DNA from: Octopus sinensis | Lineage: Eukaryota | Assembly: GCF_006345805.1 (NCBI RefSeq) | Contig: NC_043014.1 | Coordinates: 48,236,001-48,300,000 of the forward strand | Length of the DNA stretch: 64,000 nucleotides | Reading direction: 5' to 3' | Shown: positions 11,630 to 25,629 of the stretch, one piece after another | Layout of the letters: the number at the start of each line of letters is the position of its first letter | How positions within the stretch are numbered: position 1 is the first letter of the stretch | The notes under the pieces: model-generated | What the model was told of the DNA's origin: nothing | What the model saw: the letters and a program-made list of their open reading frames with translations, nothing else | The model's database searches: none | Position numbers and translations under genes: made by a program

Positions 11630-14600
11630 CTACCTTGCTTCTGTGAGGTCCAACACTCAAAAGGAACTCAATCACTTTGCCTCCTTGAGGCCCAGTGCTT
11701 AAAAGGAACTCAGCCACTTTGCCTATACATATGTGGAGGCGCAATGGCCCAGTGGTTAGGGCAGCAGACTCGCGATCATTGGATCGCGGTTTCAATTCCC
11801 AGACCGGGCGTTGTGAGTGTTTATTGAGTGAAAACACCTAAAGTTCCATGAGGTTGCAGCAGGGGGTGGTGGCAATCCCTGCTGTACTCTTTCGCCGCAA
11901 CTTTCTCTCACTCTTTCTTCTGTTGGCCTGCTCGCTTAGCCAGCAGGCTGGCGTCATTTGAAGGCTAAAACAATGTGAAGTGCATTGTGACCAGCGATGT
12001 ATAGCAACATCTGATAGCCTGGTCGGTCACGTGATATATACATATAAGGCGGCGAGTTGGCAGAAACGTTAGCAAACCGGGCGAAATGCTTAGAGGTATT
12101 GCGTCTGTCGTTGCGTTCTGAGTTCAAATTCCGCCGAGGTCGATTTTGCCTTTCATCCTTTCGGGGTCGATAAATAAAGTACCAGTTACGCACTGAGATC
12201 GATGTAATTGACTTAATCCATTTGTCTGTCCTTGTTTAGCCCCTTGTGGGTAGTAAAGAAACAGATATATACATATACATAGATCTACGTATATATGTGT
12301 GTGTGAATGTATGTTTTTGTATACACTCATACATATGCATACATATTTATATGCATGTGCACTCATATGCATATGCCTGTGTGAGTGTGTGTGCATACAT
12401 GCATGTTTGTTTACATTTCTTAGATTGATGGAACCGGTAAAATATTTCATTCTTTACTAGGAAAATGAAATAGTTTGAAAACAAAAGTGATTAGGAGTGG
12501 CTGTGTGGTAAGTAGCTTGCTAACCAGCCACATGGTTCCAGGTTCAGTCCCACTGCGTGGCATCTTGGGCAAGTGTCTTCTGCTATAGCCCCAGGCCGAC
12601 CAATGCCTTGTGAGTGGATTTGGTAGACGGAAACTGAAAGAAGCCTGTCGTATATATGTATATATATATGTGTGTGTGTATATGTTTGTGTGTCTAGCAT
12701 TACTTGACAACCGATGCTGGTGTGTTTACGTCCCCGTCACTTAGCGGTTCGGCAAAAGAGACCGATAGAATAAGTACTGGGCTTACAAAGAATAAGTCCC
12801 GGTGTCGATTTGTTCGACTAAAGGCGGTGCTCCAGCATGGCCGCAGTCAAATGACTGAAACAAGTAAAAGAGTAAAAGAGTAAGGAGAATATTTAATTTC
12901 CTATGTAGATTAATATGTTCATGTGCGTGTGTGTGTGTGTATGTGTGCTTGCAAGTATGTGTGTGTGTGTGTGTGAAACTGGATACCTAAAGACAATTAC
13001 TCTTTTACTCTTTTACTTGTTTCAGTCATTTGACTGCGGCCATGCTGGAGCACCGCCTTTAATCGAGCAACTTGACCCCGGGACTTATTCTTTTGTAAGC
13101 CCAGTACTTATTCTATCAGTCTCTTTTCCCGAACTGCTAAGTAACGGGGACATAAACACACCAGCATCAGTTGTCAAGCAATGCTAGGGGGACAAACACA
13201 GACACACAAACACACACACGCATATATATATATATCATCATCATCATCATCATCATCATTTAACGTCCGCTTTCCTTGCTAGCATGGGTTGGACGGTTCA
13301 ACTGGTGTCTGGGGAGCCCGAAGGCTGCACCAGGCCAGTCAGATCTGGCAGTGTTTCTACAGCTGGATGCCCTTCCTAACGCCAACCACTCCGAGAGTGT
13401 ATATATATATATATATACATATATACGACGGGCTTCTTTCAGTTTCCGTCTACCAAATCCACTCACAAGGCTTTGGTCGGCCTGAGGCTAGAGTAGAAGA
13501 CACTTGCCCAAGGTGCCACGGAGTGGGACTGAACCCGAAACCATGTGGTTGGTAGACAAGCTACTTACCACACAGCCACTCCTGCGCCTAATTCATAATA
13601 AAAAATTTGCCGTTTTACTTTAGAATATCAGAAATTTAAAAATGAAAACTTCCTGTATTTAGCAAGTGACTGCCACTCACGTTCTATTGGTTGTTTCACT
13701 TTCCACCTAACTGCAAGGTCGATGAGACACACATTGTGCATTATATATATAAGATTGCACGATAAAATTTCTTTTCTTATCTTGTATCTCTTAAACATTT
13801 TTGGGGCATCTTCTACTGAAATTTTGCATAGAATTGTGATTTTATGTTGGTAACGCTATTCATAATACTTGTTTTCAACTGAGAAAACTGGAGCAATGTG
13901 AAAAAATTACAAGCAATTTATTTTTTAATTACTTTCAATACTAGAGTTGCATATTTCGACAGAAACAGAAAGGCAAAAAGGATTAAAGAAAAGCTTATTT
14001 CAATTATGACCAGAGTTTTATTGACCATTTACAAATCTTGAATTTGGGATACATGAGATTTCATAACCAGTTTTCAACTACCCTTTGGATTAACAATACT
14101 GTGTCAGGAATTTGAGACGGAGAAAATGTGTTTATTATGAAATTTATTGAACACCAACAGGTAACAATTGTTATTAGCATTTATCTTCAGGTGGTAAAGT
14201 GGCAGAATCATTAGCATGTTGGACTTAGTGGCATTTTGTCTGTTTTCAGGCTCTGAGTTCAAATTCTACTCAGATCTGTTTTGTCTCTCGTCCTTTTGCC
14301 GTTGATGAGATAAGTACCACTGGGGGTTGATGTAATCAACTAACCCCTTCCCCAAAAAATAAAGTAAAAAGGATTATTAGTTTTCATCTTTAAGGAAAAG
14401 ACTTAAGGATTTAGGGTTCATGTCAACATAAAATCCTCAAGAGTTCTTGTTCACTATGCAAACTTTCCAAACTTGCTTGTGTCAGGGGCTCAGCATCGAC
14501 ATTCCAACTCATATGTATAATTGATTAATCCTCTATTGGCCCCTATGTTCATCCCTGTACGTTTCCCAAACCTCAGTTATCATCTTCTCTCCCTTGCCTC

Positions 14601-14690
14601 GTATTTTCTAATGCTCACGTATATTTCTTTCATCTTTTACTTGTTTCAACCATTGGACAGTAGCCATGCCGGGGCACCACTTGAAAGGGT

Positions 14691-15182
14691 TTAACCCTTT
14701 TGTTACCATATTTCCGTTGAGATGCTCTGTGTTTCTTTCAATTAATTTTAAATATAACAAACAATTTAGTAAAATAACTTAGTTATCATTAAGCTAGTGT
14801 TAGGAACATAAATTGTGACTAAGGTTTGGTGGAAGATTTTAGTTCAGGACTTATGAAAACAAGACATTTGTACTACAGATCCAGAGGAGGTTTCAGCCGG
14901 GTTGGTATCGAAAGGGTTAAGAATTGTTTCTCTATTATATATTTTAACCCTTTCATTACTGTATTTATTTTGAGATGCTCTGTGTTTCTTTCAATTAATT
15001 TTAAATATAGTAAAAAATTTAGTAAAAGAACTTGGTTATCATTCAGCTAGTGTTTGGAACATAAATTATGACTAAGGTTTGGTGGAAGATTTTAATTCAG
15101 GTAATTCAGGACTTATGAAAACAAGACATTTGTACTACAGATCCAGAGGAGGTTTCAGCTGGGTTGGTATCAAAAGGGTTAA
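14691..15182. mobile_element. Two tandem TTAA-flanked (piggyBac-type) MITEs
   Basis: TTAA-CCCTTT...AAAGGG-TTAA twice, joined by a ~23-bp linker. Confidence 0.88.
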
Positions 15183-15479
15183 ATCAAACAAATTGATAAA
15201 ACCATGTACTTATTTTATATAAAAAACGGGAGTGGCAGTTATGTCAACAGGAAAAGGATAGGCTGAAGACCGTTATGATGAAATAGAGGCTTATCATACA
15301 CGCCCATACACCCACATAGTATATTTTAGTCTTTCCATTTTTACCATTTCTTTCAGTTACTCTTTCTTCTTCCCACCTTCACCTCATCCCATGCCAAGAA
15401 AACTATATGTACAAATCTCTTTGAATTCCCTCACACCTATAGGTGTAACTCAGAGTGACAAGAGACTGACTCAGCTAAA

Positions 15480-16661
15480 ATAAAATATATTACTAATTTC
15501 TATCATGGGATTGGGTACGCTTTTTCACTCATCTTCTAATAGTTTATATATATATTTATATTTATATATGTTGCAATTTCATATACGCATGAAGAAAATT
15601 TCGTGCTTGCTTGCGAATGTTGCTAAGATAACATTTTTTCCTGCTGCTCTGCTTTACACCATTGAGCACCAAAGTCGTAACACAGATAAACCGACTCTTA
15701 ACGCACACATATACGCACATACAATACATAGATAAGCGAATGTGTGTCGGACTGTAAACACAAAATTTTTACTGAGACACAGAGACATAGAGAGGAGAGA
15801 GCAAAAAACACACCACAGAACAAGGAATATATTAATTGTGTGTAATAATTCTCTTCTTCTCCACATGACTAATTACTTAGAAATTACTCTTTAGAAAGAA
15901 GGGAGAAAAATCTGGAATTTGCCCTTCCTGTTTAGCCAGGAAGTCTAACGAGAAGCTAGTCTCTTGTACTAGGCATTAAATAACCCCTATTTTCATAAAC
16001 TTGTTGAAAATTAGTCGGTTGCATTAAGGAGCAAGATGTTCGAAGATTCATACGGTTCCATGTGAAAGTGTGGTTGCTTTACCAATCCAGGAATGAGAGG
16101 CAAAGGTTCATAAAAGCTGTGAATAGGTTTCTGCTTTCCTTAACAATTCCTATTAACATAAATAGTGTTGTGTGTGAACAGTTGATTTCACTGTAAGTAT
16201 TATCACCACCACCACGAATAATCTTTTTATTATTCCATTTAAACAGTAATTCCTAATTATATCTCAATTCCTTTTATTACCATTTTGTTTTTTCTTCCTT
16301 CTATTTTTATTTTTTTGCCTTTTAATATAATTTTTCGTTTCGAATTTATATATTTTTTCTTGTGTGTGTGTGTCTGTATTTCCAAAAGGAAGAGGAATAA
16401 AAAGAAAAAAAAGCACTTACCTTAAACAATATGTATATATATATATATATACAGCTAGATATACGTATATATATATATATGCATGTATGTATATATTCGC
16501 ACACACACGCTTACATATATTATTTCGATCTTTCATACTATTCTGTTTTCTTTCGTATGCCGTCATTACTTCGCTATTCATGGTCAGTGATCGGGGTATA
16601 TATACGTGTATGTATGTATGTATAAATGTATCTAGTTTCTTTAAGCCATGACGGCCTATAT

Positions 16662-16707
<46 letters not shown>

Positions 16708-18300
16708 GTATATGTGTGTATGTATATGTGTGTGTGTGTCTTTTTATAAAAGGGCTTCTTGCATTTTGCTTTGAATGAATATAGAATCATCTGTTTCATT
16801 ACTCGCTTTCATGTTCTCAACAATTTTTAGTGGGATTTCCCCTATTTTATTTATAGGTAAAAAAAATTCCAGTTTTATTTTAAGTAACGAACTTATTTAT
16901 ATTTATTTTTTTTTTTGCCGTAGATTTATTGTTTTTATTTTCTCGTCTCTATTAATTCAAAGTAAACAATTAATTCTTGGCCGTTTTTTTTTCTTTTCAT
17001 ATCTTAAAAAAATTAATTAGGACTTAAAGCATTTAAGCCGTCTACTCATTTGTCTCTAGTTAATAACGATCCTTGAGAACAATTGCGTATATATATATAT
17101 AGATAGATTTATATAGTGTGTGTATACACTCTCACGCGTATATATTCTTACTTTTATAATAATTTTTTAAAAATTTATTATTTAATATACATCTGTCGGA
17201 TTATAGATTTCAGTCCTTATTCACCCTTGATCGAACAGACCTATGATCAAAGGTTTTCCAATCGTGACCCCTCAGTTCTTTCTTTCACTTTCAGTATATC
17301 TAGGGCAACATTCTGCAATCTTTCCCTTTTTTTTTCAAGATAGTAGGGTGTAACGTGACTGAAAGATTTGGCTGCATTTTCTAGCAGGCCGCGCGATCAC
17401 CTATCGTTTCTTCCTCGATGATTCGTCTTAAATAATGTTTGGTGGTTTTTTTTGTTTTTTTCCCCCTGTGTATGTGTGTCTGTTATTCTTGCCTAAAACA
17501 TCGATTCACTAAATATCGAACTCAACAAACGTATTGATGACTTCCGTTTTGTCATTCATTTAAAATAATTTTTTTTATAAATATTTGACGAAAGGAAAAA
17601 AAATCCGACCGCCTTTTATTTTAAAACGATATACATCCATTCACGTTTAGGAGTTTACAAGAATACAAACCAAATTAGACTGTTCCCTTTCGCGGACCCC
17701 TTTTTTCCTTACTTAAAACCCATCGAATAGATGAATCTGGTATTGGAACCAACTGACTGACCCCACCCTCTTTTTTTTTTCCTTTTTTTTTTTTCCCCTC
17801 TGGGTAACAGAATTCAGAGTATTTAATATAAGTACTGAGATTTCAAATAGAACCCGGTAACTATGTAGTTGCAGCAGTAAGAACCTATTTTCTTGAATTC
17901 CGATGAATTTTTCCTCGTTTCGGGAAGTGGTTCTGGGTGAAGATTTTTTCCCGGAATTTATTTCTCTTCCTATTCTGTTTTCTCTCTCTCTCTGCAATAT
18001 AAAATCCATTTGATTATCGTTGTTAATTAACAAAACATTCTTTTTTTTTTTTTTTGGATTAACATAATTGCACTGCACGAGGGGAAACCTCGATCTTGCT
18101 AAAGATAGCAGTCAAATCTCAAATCTTTTGGATTACACGCTACAGTGTTAAACGAGAACGATCAATCTAATCTTTGATATATGAAATTGACGTGATGGTC
18201 ATGGCTGGGACGCCTTTGGTCGTAGGTCTGCTCGACAACAACAATAATAACTGCGATAGCTCTGTAGTTGCTTCCTTCTGGAACATTTTTGCTTTTCTAG
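15480..18300. promoter_or_regulatory. CpG-retaining, TE-poor region; putative promoter / first exon region
   Basis: CG dinucleotides are visibly more frequent than in the flanks; GTAAGT donor on + at 16193 followed by T-rich intron-like DNA. Judged by eye. Confidence 0.4.
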
Positions 18301-19029
18301 CAGTTGATGATAATATTGCTACGTTTGTAATGGGATCGATCCCTTTCTGTACTCCCAGATGGATATGGGGTATTTTTTGTGGCTGTATATCAGTGAGAAA
18401 AATCAGAGAAAGGGGGAAAAAAATGTTTTTTTTTGAAATGATGTCTCTTGTAATATTTATTTTGTGCCAACTGTCACCTCCATCCACAGCTGCCTATAAT
18501 AGAGGGCTTAATACCAACACTGTTCCTTTTTTTTGTCCTTACAATTGAGCATACCCTCTCTTACATCAACATCACTGTCTTGCTAACCATTCCAGCACTT
18601 CTCTCTCCTTGTTTATGCCTCCACTTATAGAGCCCTATTTAAAACTTTCTCATCAAACCCAAGAAGCAATATCTTCCTGATGTCTCTGTATTTCACCTGT
18701 AACAGCTTCATCAGCATTAACTTGTGTCTGGGGATCTAATCTTTAGTGAGCGATTGAGCCTCTTCATTCTGATGGGTGCAAAGGGTACCAGTGCCTGAGC
18801 TGGCTGTTCTGGCCAAGGTCAGTATAGAAGAGCCGGTGGCAGGGCATTTATTATAGGTGAAAGTTGACGAAAAAGTGTGAGTTTCTCTTTGCTTTGAAGA
18901 CGCAAAGAGCGACACTAGCAGCACCACATGTGAGATAAATTCTTTCTGGCTCCTACAAGGTAGCTTCTGTTACCCAGTTGAACAAAATTAGCCATGAAGG
19001 AGGGTGTTAAGAAAGCATGGGGTGGAATA

Positions 19030-19520
19030 CATTCAAGGAACAATTACCACTAGTAGCAACAAAATGATTCTCTCTCTCTCTCTCCGCAGTGAAAGCCTGA
19101 TTGTATTATATCTTTGGTGCAAAGTGCAGTGTTGCATTATAGCAAAATATGTGCATTGTGTATGGAGGATATATAAAAGGTTGGAAATAAATGAGGTGAG
19201 CTTACACCATTGGGTGTGTAACATTAAGTGTGTATGAATGACCAGAGGAAAAGCTGATTGTTAAAGAAACAGGGTGTGGTGTACAAGAGAGATAAGACAG
19301 CCTCTACAGACATGTGATATAGTGCGGAGGAAATGTGATTGGCTGAAGTAATGCCAGAACCGGCAAAAGAGAACACGTGAAGAAGTGGCGGAAGTGGATC
19401 TCGAGGGGGATGAACCCTGTGAAGAAAATGACTAAGGAACGTGATCAGCTGTTTAGCAGTTTGATTGAAGATGACTTGTCAAACCTGTGTCGGGGAAAAC
19501 CAGACATAAAATATGATGAT
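19030..19520 (+). mobile_element. Degraded RTE-clade LINE 3' fragment
   Basis: Frameshifted homology to the same RTE C-terminus, ending in a (GAT)n tail. Confidence 0.6.
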
Positions 19521-20258
19521 GATGATGATCTGTGTGTGTGTGTATACATATCTATATATATATAGTAAGAGGAGGGATATATCCAGGCAGGTAGCACGTT
19601 ACTCTATGTAAAGTGCCAAGCCTGGTTTCTTCTGGTGGTTCATTCAAAGGTATATTTCCTAAAAACTACCATTCGATGTTACGGTTTATTTTCTGGCTAC
19701 TTAGAGTGTAGAATCACAGTAAGTCTGATTGTTCAAATTCTTCATTTTCCTTATTATCATTATATATATATATATATATATATATCATCATCATCATTAT
19801 TTAACGTCCGCTTTCCATGCTAGCATGGGTTGGACGATTTGACTGAGGTCTGGCGAACCAGACTCCAATCTGATCTGGCAGAGTTTCTACAGCTGGATGC
19901 CCTTCCTAACGCCAACCACTCCGAGAGTGTAGTGGGTGCTTTTACGTGCCACCGGCACGAGGGCCAGTTTGGTGGTACTGGCAACAGCCACGCCCAAATG
20001 GTGCTTTTTACGTGCCTTATATTATATCTTGTGTGTTCAAATAAATGTATTACTACTACTGTTAGTCCAACCCATGCCAGCATGGAAGACAGACGTTAAA
20101 TCATGATGATGATAAGATTAGGGCTTCACATGGATTATCATATTCCAATCTGCTTCCAGTATAGTGGTTAAATAATTCCCATACTAAGTAGTGCTACTAG
20201 TTATGAAATACAGAGTAAATTTAGGAGAAATTAAGACAAACACAGGTTTATATTAATA

Positions 20259-20399
20259 TAAGGTTGTCCCAAAAGTTCGTAGAAAGTCTTGGAAAATAAT
20301 GGTCTTTATTTAGAGGAATAATTTTTATTGTTTTTGTTAGTACTTGGCGAGTAAAAATTCAATTTTCGCAAGTGTTTACGAACTTTTGGGACAACCTAA
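20259..20399. mobile_element. 141-bp mariner-type MITE
   Basis: TIR T[A/T]AGGTTGTCCCAAAAGTTCGTA at both ends, TA flanks. Confidence 0.88.
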
Positions 20400-20627
20400 T
20401 AGTTCTTGCATATATTTCACTATAACGGTTGCTTGGAACCCTGCACTGGGTGCTCCAAGTGTTTTTAGATGCTTAACAATAGAAGTACCAACATTTCTTA
20501 CTTTCTACAAGGACCATATCGGTCATTTGTAACCGGTGTTGAAAATCGTTATTTAATACAATTTATTTTGTTAATATAAGCTGATGCAGTGAATAAAGGA
20601 TTAGAAAATACAATCTTTTAGCATTTA

Positions 20628-20995
20628 CTAGCACTATGACCCGGCGTTGCCCGGTCATAGTGCTAGTGCACGCATATGCAGCTGCATGCGTGTGCACATA
20701 CATGCGATTACTGTCCAAATCTCCGACCAATCACATCCAGCTAGCTGGCATTTAATTGGTGTATCAAGTTTCAGGCATTTTTATTGGGTTTTGGATAGAA
20801 AATTCACAAAAAAGTCACTTCTATTGATTTTTTAATGACTTTGCGGGGTGACTGGGGAAATGTAAAGATGTGCATGACCACCCTTCGATGGTTTTGAATG
20901 ACCATAGAAACTGCGAGCCCTCTAACTGAAAAATTGTGGATTTGTATAAAGGACACGCACACAGACAGACATTTTGCCGTTTATATATATAGAGA
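20628..20995 (-). mobile_element. Non-autonomous Helitron family 1 (other copies 284-460 +, 26255-26619 -, 28905-29280 -, 36604-36973 +, 38076-38440 +)
   Basis: 5' TC(TC)TATATATAAA, 3' GC-rich hairpin then CTAG; inserted between A and T without a TSD (checked at 38075/38441 and 20627/20996). Confidence 0.85.
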
Positions 20996-21465
20996 TTTAT
21001 ATACATCATCGTTTAACGTCTGTTTTCCATGCTAGCATGTGTTGGACGGTTCAACTGGGGTCTGGGAAGCCTGGAGGCTGCGCCAGGGCCAGTCTGATCT
21101 GGCAGTGTTTCTACAGCTGGATGCCCTTCCTAACGCCAACCACTCCGAGAGTGTAGTGGGTGCTTTTTATGTGCCACTTGCACAGGTGCCAGACGAGGCT
21201 GTCAAACGGCCACGATCGGATGGTGCTTTTTACGTGCCACCAGCACGGGGGCCAGACGAGGCTGACAACGGCCACAATCGGATGGTGCTTTTTATGTGCC
21301 ACCGGCATGGAGGCCAGTTGGGGCGAAAAAAGATATATACAAAAAAAGATATATATGAAATGATGCTCATGATTTCACATTCAATACAGTCATAGAAATA
21401 AAAAAGTAAAAAAGGAAAAGTGGTTATAAATGACTGCTCGGTACTTCTAGTGTTAACCAGAACAG

Positions 21466-21795
21466 ATGATCAGAGAATTCTTTGTTGCTTTGGGTTACAG
21501 AGAACTTGTGTCTAGAGCTGACACTAGCAATAAAATGTTTCCAGATTACCTGTTCTGGTTAACGAAAAACCTGGCTGGACAACGAAAAACGTGGCTGATG
21601 ACAGTCAAGGCTGATCTGGAACCCAACCTAGGCCCCTATATCTACGGCGTTCACCGATGGAATAAGGAGTGGTTGGAGATCACGTGGTCATTAGCCTCAA
21701 ATCGCCAGGTCTGGTCGGCGTTTGTGAGAGATGCAGCATTGAGGATGAATGAAGCCAGCTCAGCCCACCCTGGGTGAATACTGTCTCAAGTACAG
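21466..21795 (+). mobile_element. RTE LINE 3' terminus (same end also at about 27870-28010)
   Basis: GQRKTWLMTVKADLEPNLGPYIYGVHRWNKEW...LASNRQVWSAFVRD...PG-stop; the DNA is repeated at 27.9 kb. Confidence 0.75.
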
Positions 21796-22691
21796 TCAGT
21801 TCTGGTTAAGCCTCCAAATCCACTTGAAGCACCCAATACAAGATTCCAAGCAACCATAATGGTTCTCAATGACATTGTTTTGGATTTGGTCCCACGGCTT
21901 GGCACATTTGGCAAATGTCTTCTGCTATAGCATCAGGATGGTCAAAGCATTGTGACAGGATTTTGGTGGACAGAAACTGAAAAAAGCCCATTGTATGTAT
22001 GTGTGTGTGTGTCTTTGTGTTGAAGGTGGTATCCAAAAGTTCTAGGTCTAGTTATGTTTAATAAAAAATAACTTATTTTCCTAAGTTTTAGCATCCTGTT
22101 CTTTGAAATATTAACCAGTGATCCTGCCACTTTTGGAATCTGGCCTGGATCCCATCACCAGTCTAGAAGGCTTGCAAAGACTATGGGCACACTCTTATGG
22201 GCTCAGCAAATGTAAAAAAAGAACAACAAACAAACAAAAAACTTCAGAATAATTTCCATCTACCAAATTCTACTCAAGTATTGGCCAGGGGTTTGATAGA
22301 AGACATTTGTCTAAAGTACCACACATTGGTATCGAAGCCAGAACTACAAAGACACAAACACATATACACACAATGTGAAATCTACTTATTCACCACACAG
22401 TGCTACCTGCATTCATCATATTTGATTCTATGTCTATTAGCTCAGGACAGATGTGGGCCTGATAAAACAAAGAAGTCATTATTGAGGGAGAAATTTCTGC
22501 TTAGAATAGGTCTGAATAGCATGGAGAAGTGAATTCCAGAACTGGACATTGGGAAGAAGTATAGTGAATTGGTTGGTCTGTGGAGTTGTTGTTTAACCTC
22601 AGACTGGACCTGGTTCAGCAGACCTAAGATCAAAGATATTCCAACTGAAAGACTACATTGTATAATGTATCCCCCCACCTTTTTTTAAAAA

Positions 22692-23080
22692 TCTATATAT
22701 ATAAAGCTGAAGTTGTCTGTGTGTGGCAGGTTTGGTAGCCTTCAACTAACACTATCTTCTCTGAGACCCTGCGGCACAAGTTGACCAAAATTGAGAGTAT
22801 GATAGAAGAAGGCTTGCTCTTCATTCCGTAGAAGATAAAATTCAGATCGGACCATGTTAAGACCAAAAATTGTTTACATCAAAAAGGTGCTTTTTTTCTA
22901 TGAAAATCCCAATTTTTTACGATTTCTTGACTGCTGTGTCACCATTTTTCAGTGTATTTCAACCAGGAAATGTTCACTTAAAGAGAATAACAAGCTACAT
23001 AATGCAAAATTTTTACCTTTCAAAAATTCCAATTCTAAAGGGTCGAAACAAACCTGAGCAATGCCTGGCGATAGTGCTAG
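22692..23080 (+). mobile_element. Non-autonomous Helitron family 2 (further Helitron-type ends at 34487-34860 and 58662-58990)
   Basis: A/TCTATATATATAAAG start; CCTGAGCAATGCCTGG hairpin and CTAG/T end. Confidence 0.75.
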
Positions 23081-23382
23081 TATGGTAAAGGTGTGATACA
23101 AGGGAGATTTAGTTGCTGTTTCTATCAAACGGTGACTGTGTAGAGTCATCATCATCGACTCATTGTAGTCAGAAAGAAGTTGTCTGTGTTTTGTTCAGTG
23201 TTTAGATCAATATTTCTCAACCATTTTTTACCCACGGACCCTCTTATTATTTGGCGTTGAAAGAAATTGTTAAAATATTTTGTGTATTGTTGATGTATAA
23301 CCAATTTATTGCAGATAATTTTTAACAACAAAATCTTATGTGGACCCCAGTTGAGAACCACTGGTTCAAATGAAAGGTGATG

Positions 23383-23740
23383 GTTGCAAAAAACAAGGTA
23401 TTACACTAGAGAACACTTGTGAAGGCGTGTGGCTTAGTGGTTAGGGCATTCGGCTCATGATTGTAAGGTCGTGAGTTCGATTCCGGGCGACGCGTTGTGT
23501 CCTTGAGCAAGACACTTTACTTCACGGTGCTCCAGTCCACTCAGCTGGCCAAAATGAGTTGTGCCTGTATTTCAAAGGGCCAGCCTTGTCACACTTTGTG
23601 TCAAGCTGAATCTCCCTGAGAACTACGTTAGGGGTACACGTGTCTGGATTGCTCAGTCACTTGCCTGTTAATTTCACGACCAAGCTGTTCTGTTGATTGT
23701 ATCAGCTGGGACCCTCGTCGTCTTAACCGATGGAGTGCTC
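23383..23740 (+). mobile_element. tRNA-derived SINE family E (single copy here)
   Basis: GGCGTGTGGCTTAGTGGTTAG...GAGTTCGATTCC head followed by GTGTCCTTGAGCAAGACACTT CORE-like segment. Confidence 0.7.
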
Positions 23741-25629
23741 CTTTTTATGCTAGAGAACATTTGTCTTTGTATGTCTCATCACCACAGCATGATGATGGAG
23801 ATGGTAGTGGTAATGGTGATGATGATATCTCATCACTATTGTGAATCCATCATAACAATATGATTTAGAGTTTCATCTCATTGCCCAGCATCTTAGTAAA
23901 TACCTTCCAGCCTCAGTTTAACCTATTTCTTTACTACCCACAAGGGGCTAAATACAGAGAGGACAAACAAGGACAGACAAATGGATTAAGTCGATTATAT
24001 CGACCCCAGTGCGTAACTGGTACTTATTTAATTGGCCCCGAAAGGATGAAAAGCAAAGTTGACCTCGGCGGAATTTGAACTCAGAACGTAGCTGCTGACG
24101 AAATACTGCTAAGCATTTCGCCCGGGAGTGAAACTCTGTAGAAAGGGCTATTCTGAGAGACCATTCCTGTTAGATTTAATCTCTGACTTGATTTAACACT
24201 GACCCCATCTAAACTTTGTTTACCATTAATGGCATCCACTGTGTTGGAAACATTCAGGTCGTCAAGTTCCCAGTCTGGGGATAACTTCATCTCCTCACTG
24301 AGAAATTCATCATTATTTCATATCCAGGTCCCTTGCTGGTATGAGTTGGACTGTTTGACAGGATCTGATTGGTACAAGGACTGTATCATCCTCCAGTGCC
24401 TGCTTTGGCTTGATTTCTCCAGCTGGTTGTCCTTCCTAATGCCAACCACTTTATAGTGTGTACTGGGTGCATTTTTCATACCACCAACACTATTGTGATT
24501 GCCATGCAGCTCACAAGATTAGACACTCAGAGAGAGAGAGAGGCATGTCTTTATGCTAGAGAGCGAAGGATCAAACATGAGAGAAGTATGGGGGATAGTG
24601 CAGGTTCTTGTAGACAAGCTGCATAGTTGCTCACATTTAGAATATGGAGTGAGAGAGATAATGATCAGTAGATACTACAGAGGGATAAATAGTGGAGATT
24701 AGGTGTGGTATGCTGTCCTGGTGGCTTCTTGGGAAAAAGAAAAATTTAACTCATGAATCTTGTGTGTGTGTACGTGTATTAAAAAGCCTCCTGTTTGGAC
24801 ATGACTGATGTAAGGACACACCTTATTTATATGGTGCCAATATCTATATGACTAATGATTATTCAATCAGGAGTGAACTGATTAGTTTTATCCTTTGTTA
24901 AAGACTCATCAGGGATTGTAGTTAAGATGAAACCTGCTAGAAATAGCAGCCAAATCTCACTCAAATCACACACTATCATTTTAGATAAAGAAGGCCTCTT
25001 TAGATGTCTTTGCTATACATAGATAGTGGTCATAAGTCTAATGATATAGAGGATAAATACAGTCCTCATTGAACAGCTTTACTCCACAGACTGAAGTGTG
25101 ATTTGTTACCAATATCAGTCATTGTATTAAGTATATGGATCTTGAAGCACACTATCCACAGGGCATCTATAGTGATGGTCAGAAGAAATACCAGCAGGCA
25201 TGTCAGAGAGGTTACGAAGCTGATGTATATTTATATATATATATATATATTTTCACCTCTCTCCTTGTTTTTTCTGTGTCCCTTTCTGTAGAAGAGCGTA
25301 GGCTCAAAACGTAAAAGACTTTTTCTATTCCTGAGCGTTATACTAATACATCTGTTTGTTTTGTACACCACTAATCTTCGTCTTTTGTTTTTTTCGTAAA
25401 CTCCCCCTATATATATATATATATGTTTGTATAATGTGTGTATATATGTGTGTGTGTATGTGTATAATCATCTTCGTTTACTGCCCATTTTTCCATGTTT
25501 GACAGTTCATCAATATATCAAACTGTTCCTGACAAAAAAGAAACATAAAAATTGTCAAATTTAGACTGAACCCTCTGCAATTTGGTCACCAAGGTAACAG
25601 GAACTATCTGCTATTTTTAAGGATTTGTT

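Noticed and set aside
15257-15295. Hammerhead-like GATAGG-CTGAAGA...GAAA...CTTATC
   Set aside because: Stem I pairs, but there is no UH cleavage site (GG instead), no stem III and no credible stem II.
15654-15866. Minus-strand ORF MWRRRELLHTINIFLVLWCVFCSLLSMSLC resembling a signal peptide
   Set aside because: The hydrophobic run is the translation of a T/C/TG-rich tract that looks equally like a polypyrimidine tract ending in CAG; I could not find downstream coding exons. Left uncalled.
18676-18720. Minus-strand CTGATGA...GAAA motif
   Set aside because: No UH triplet or stem III, and stem I is only 3 bp; likely chance.
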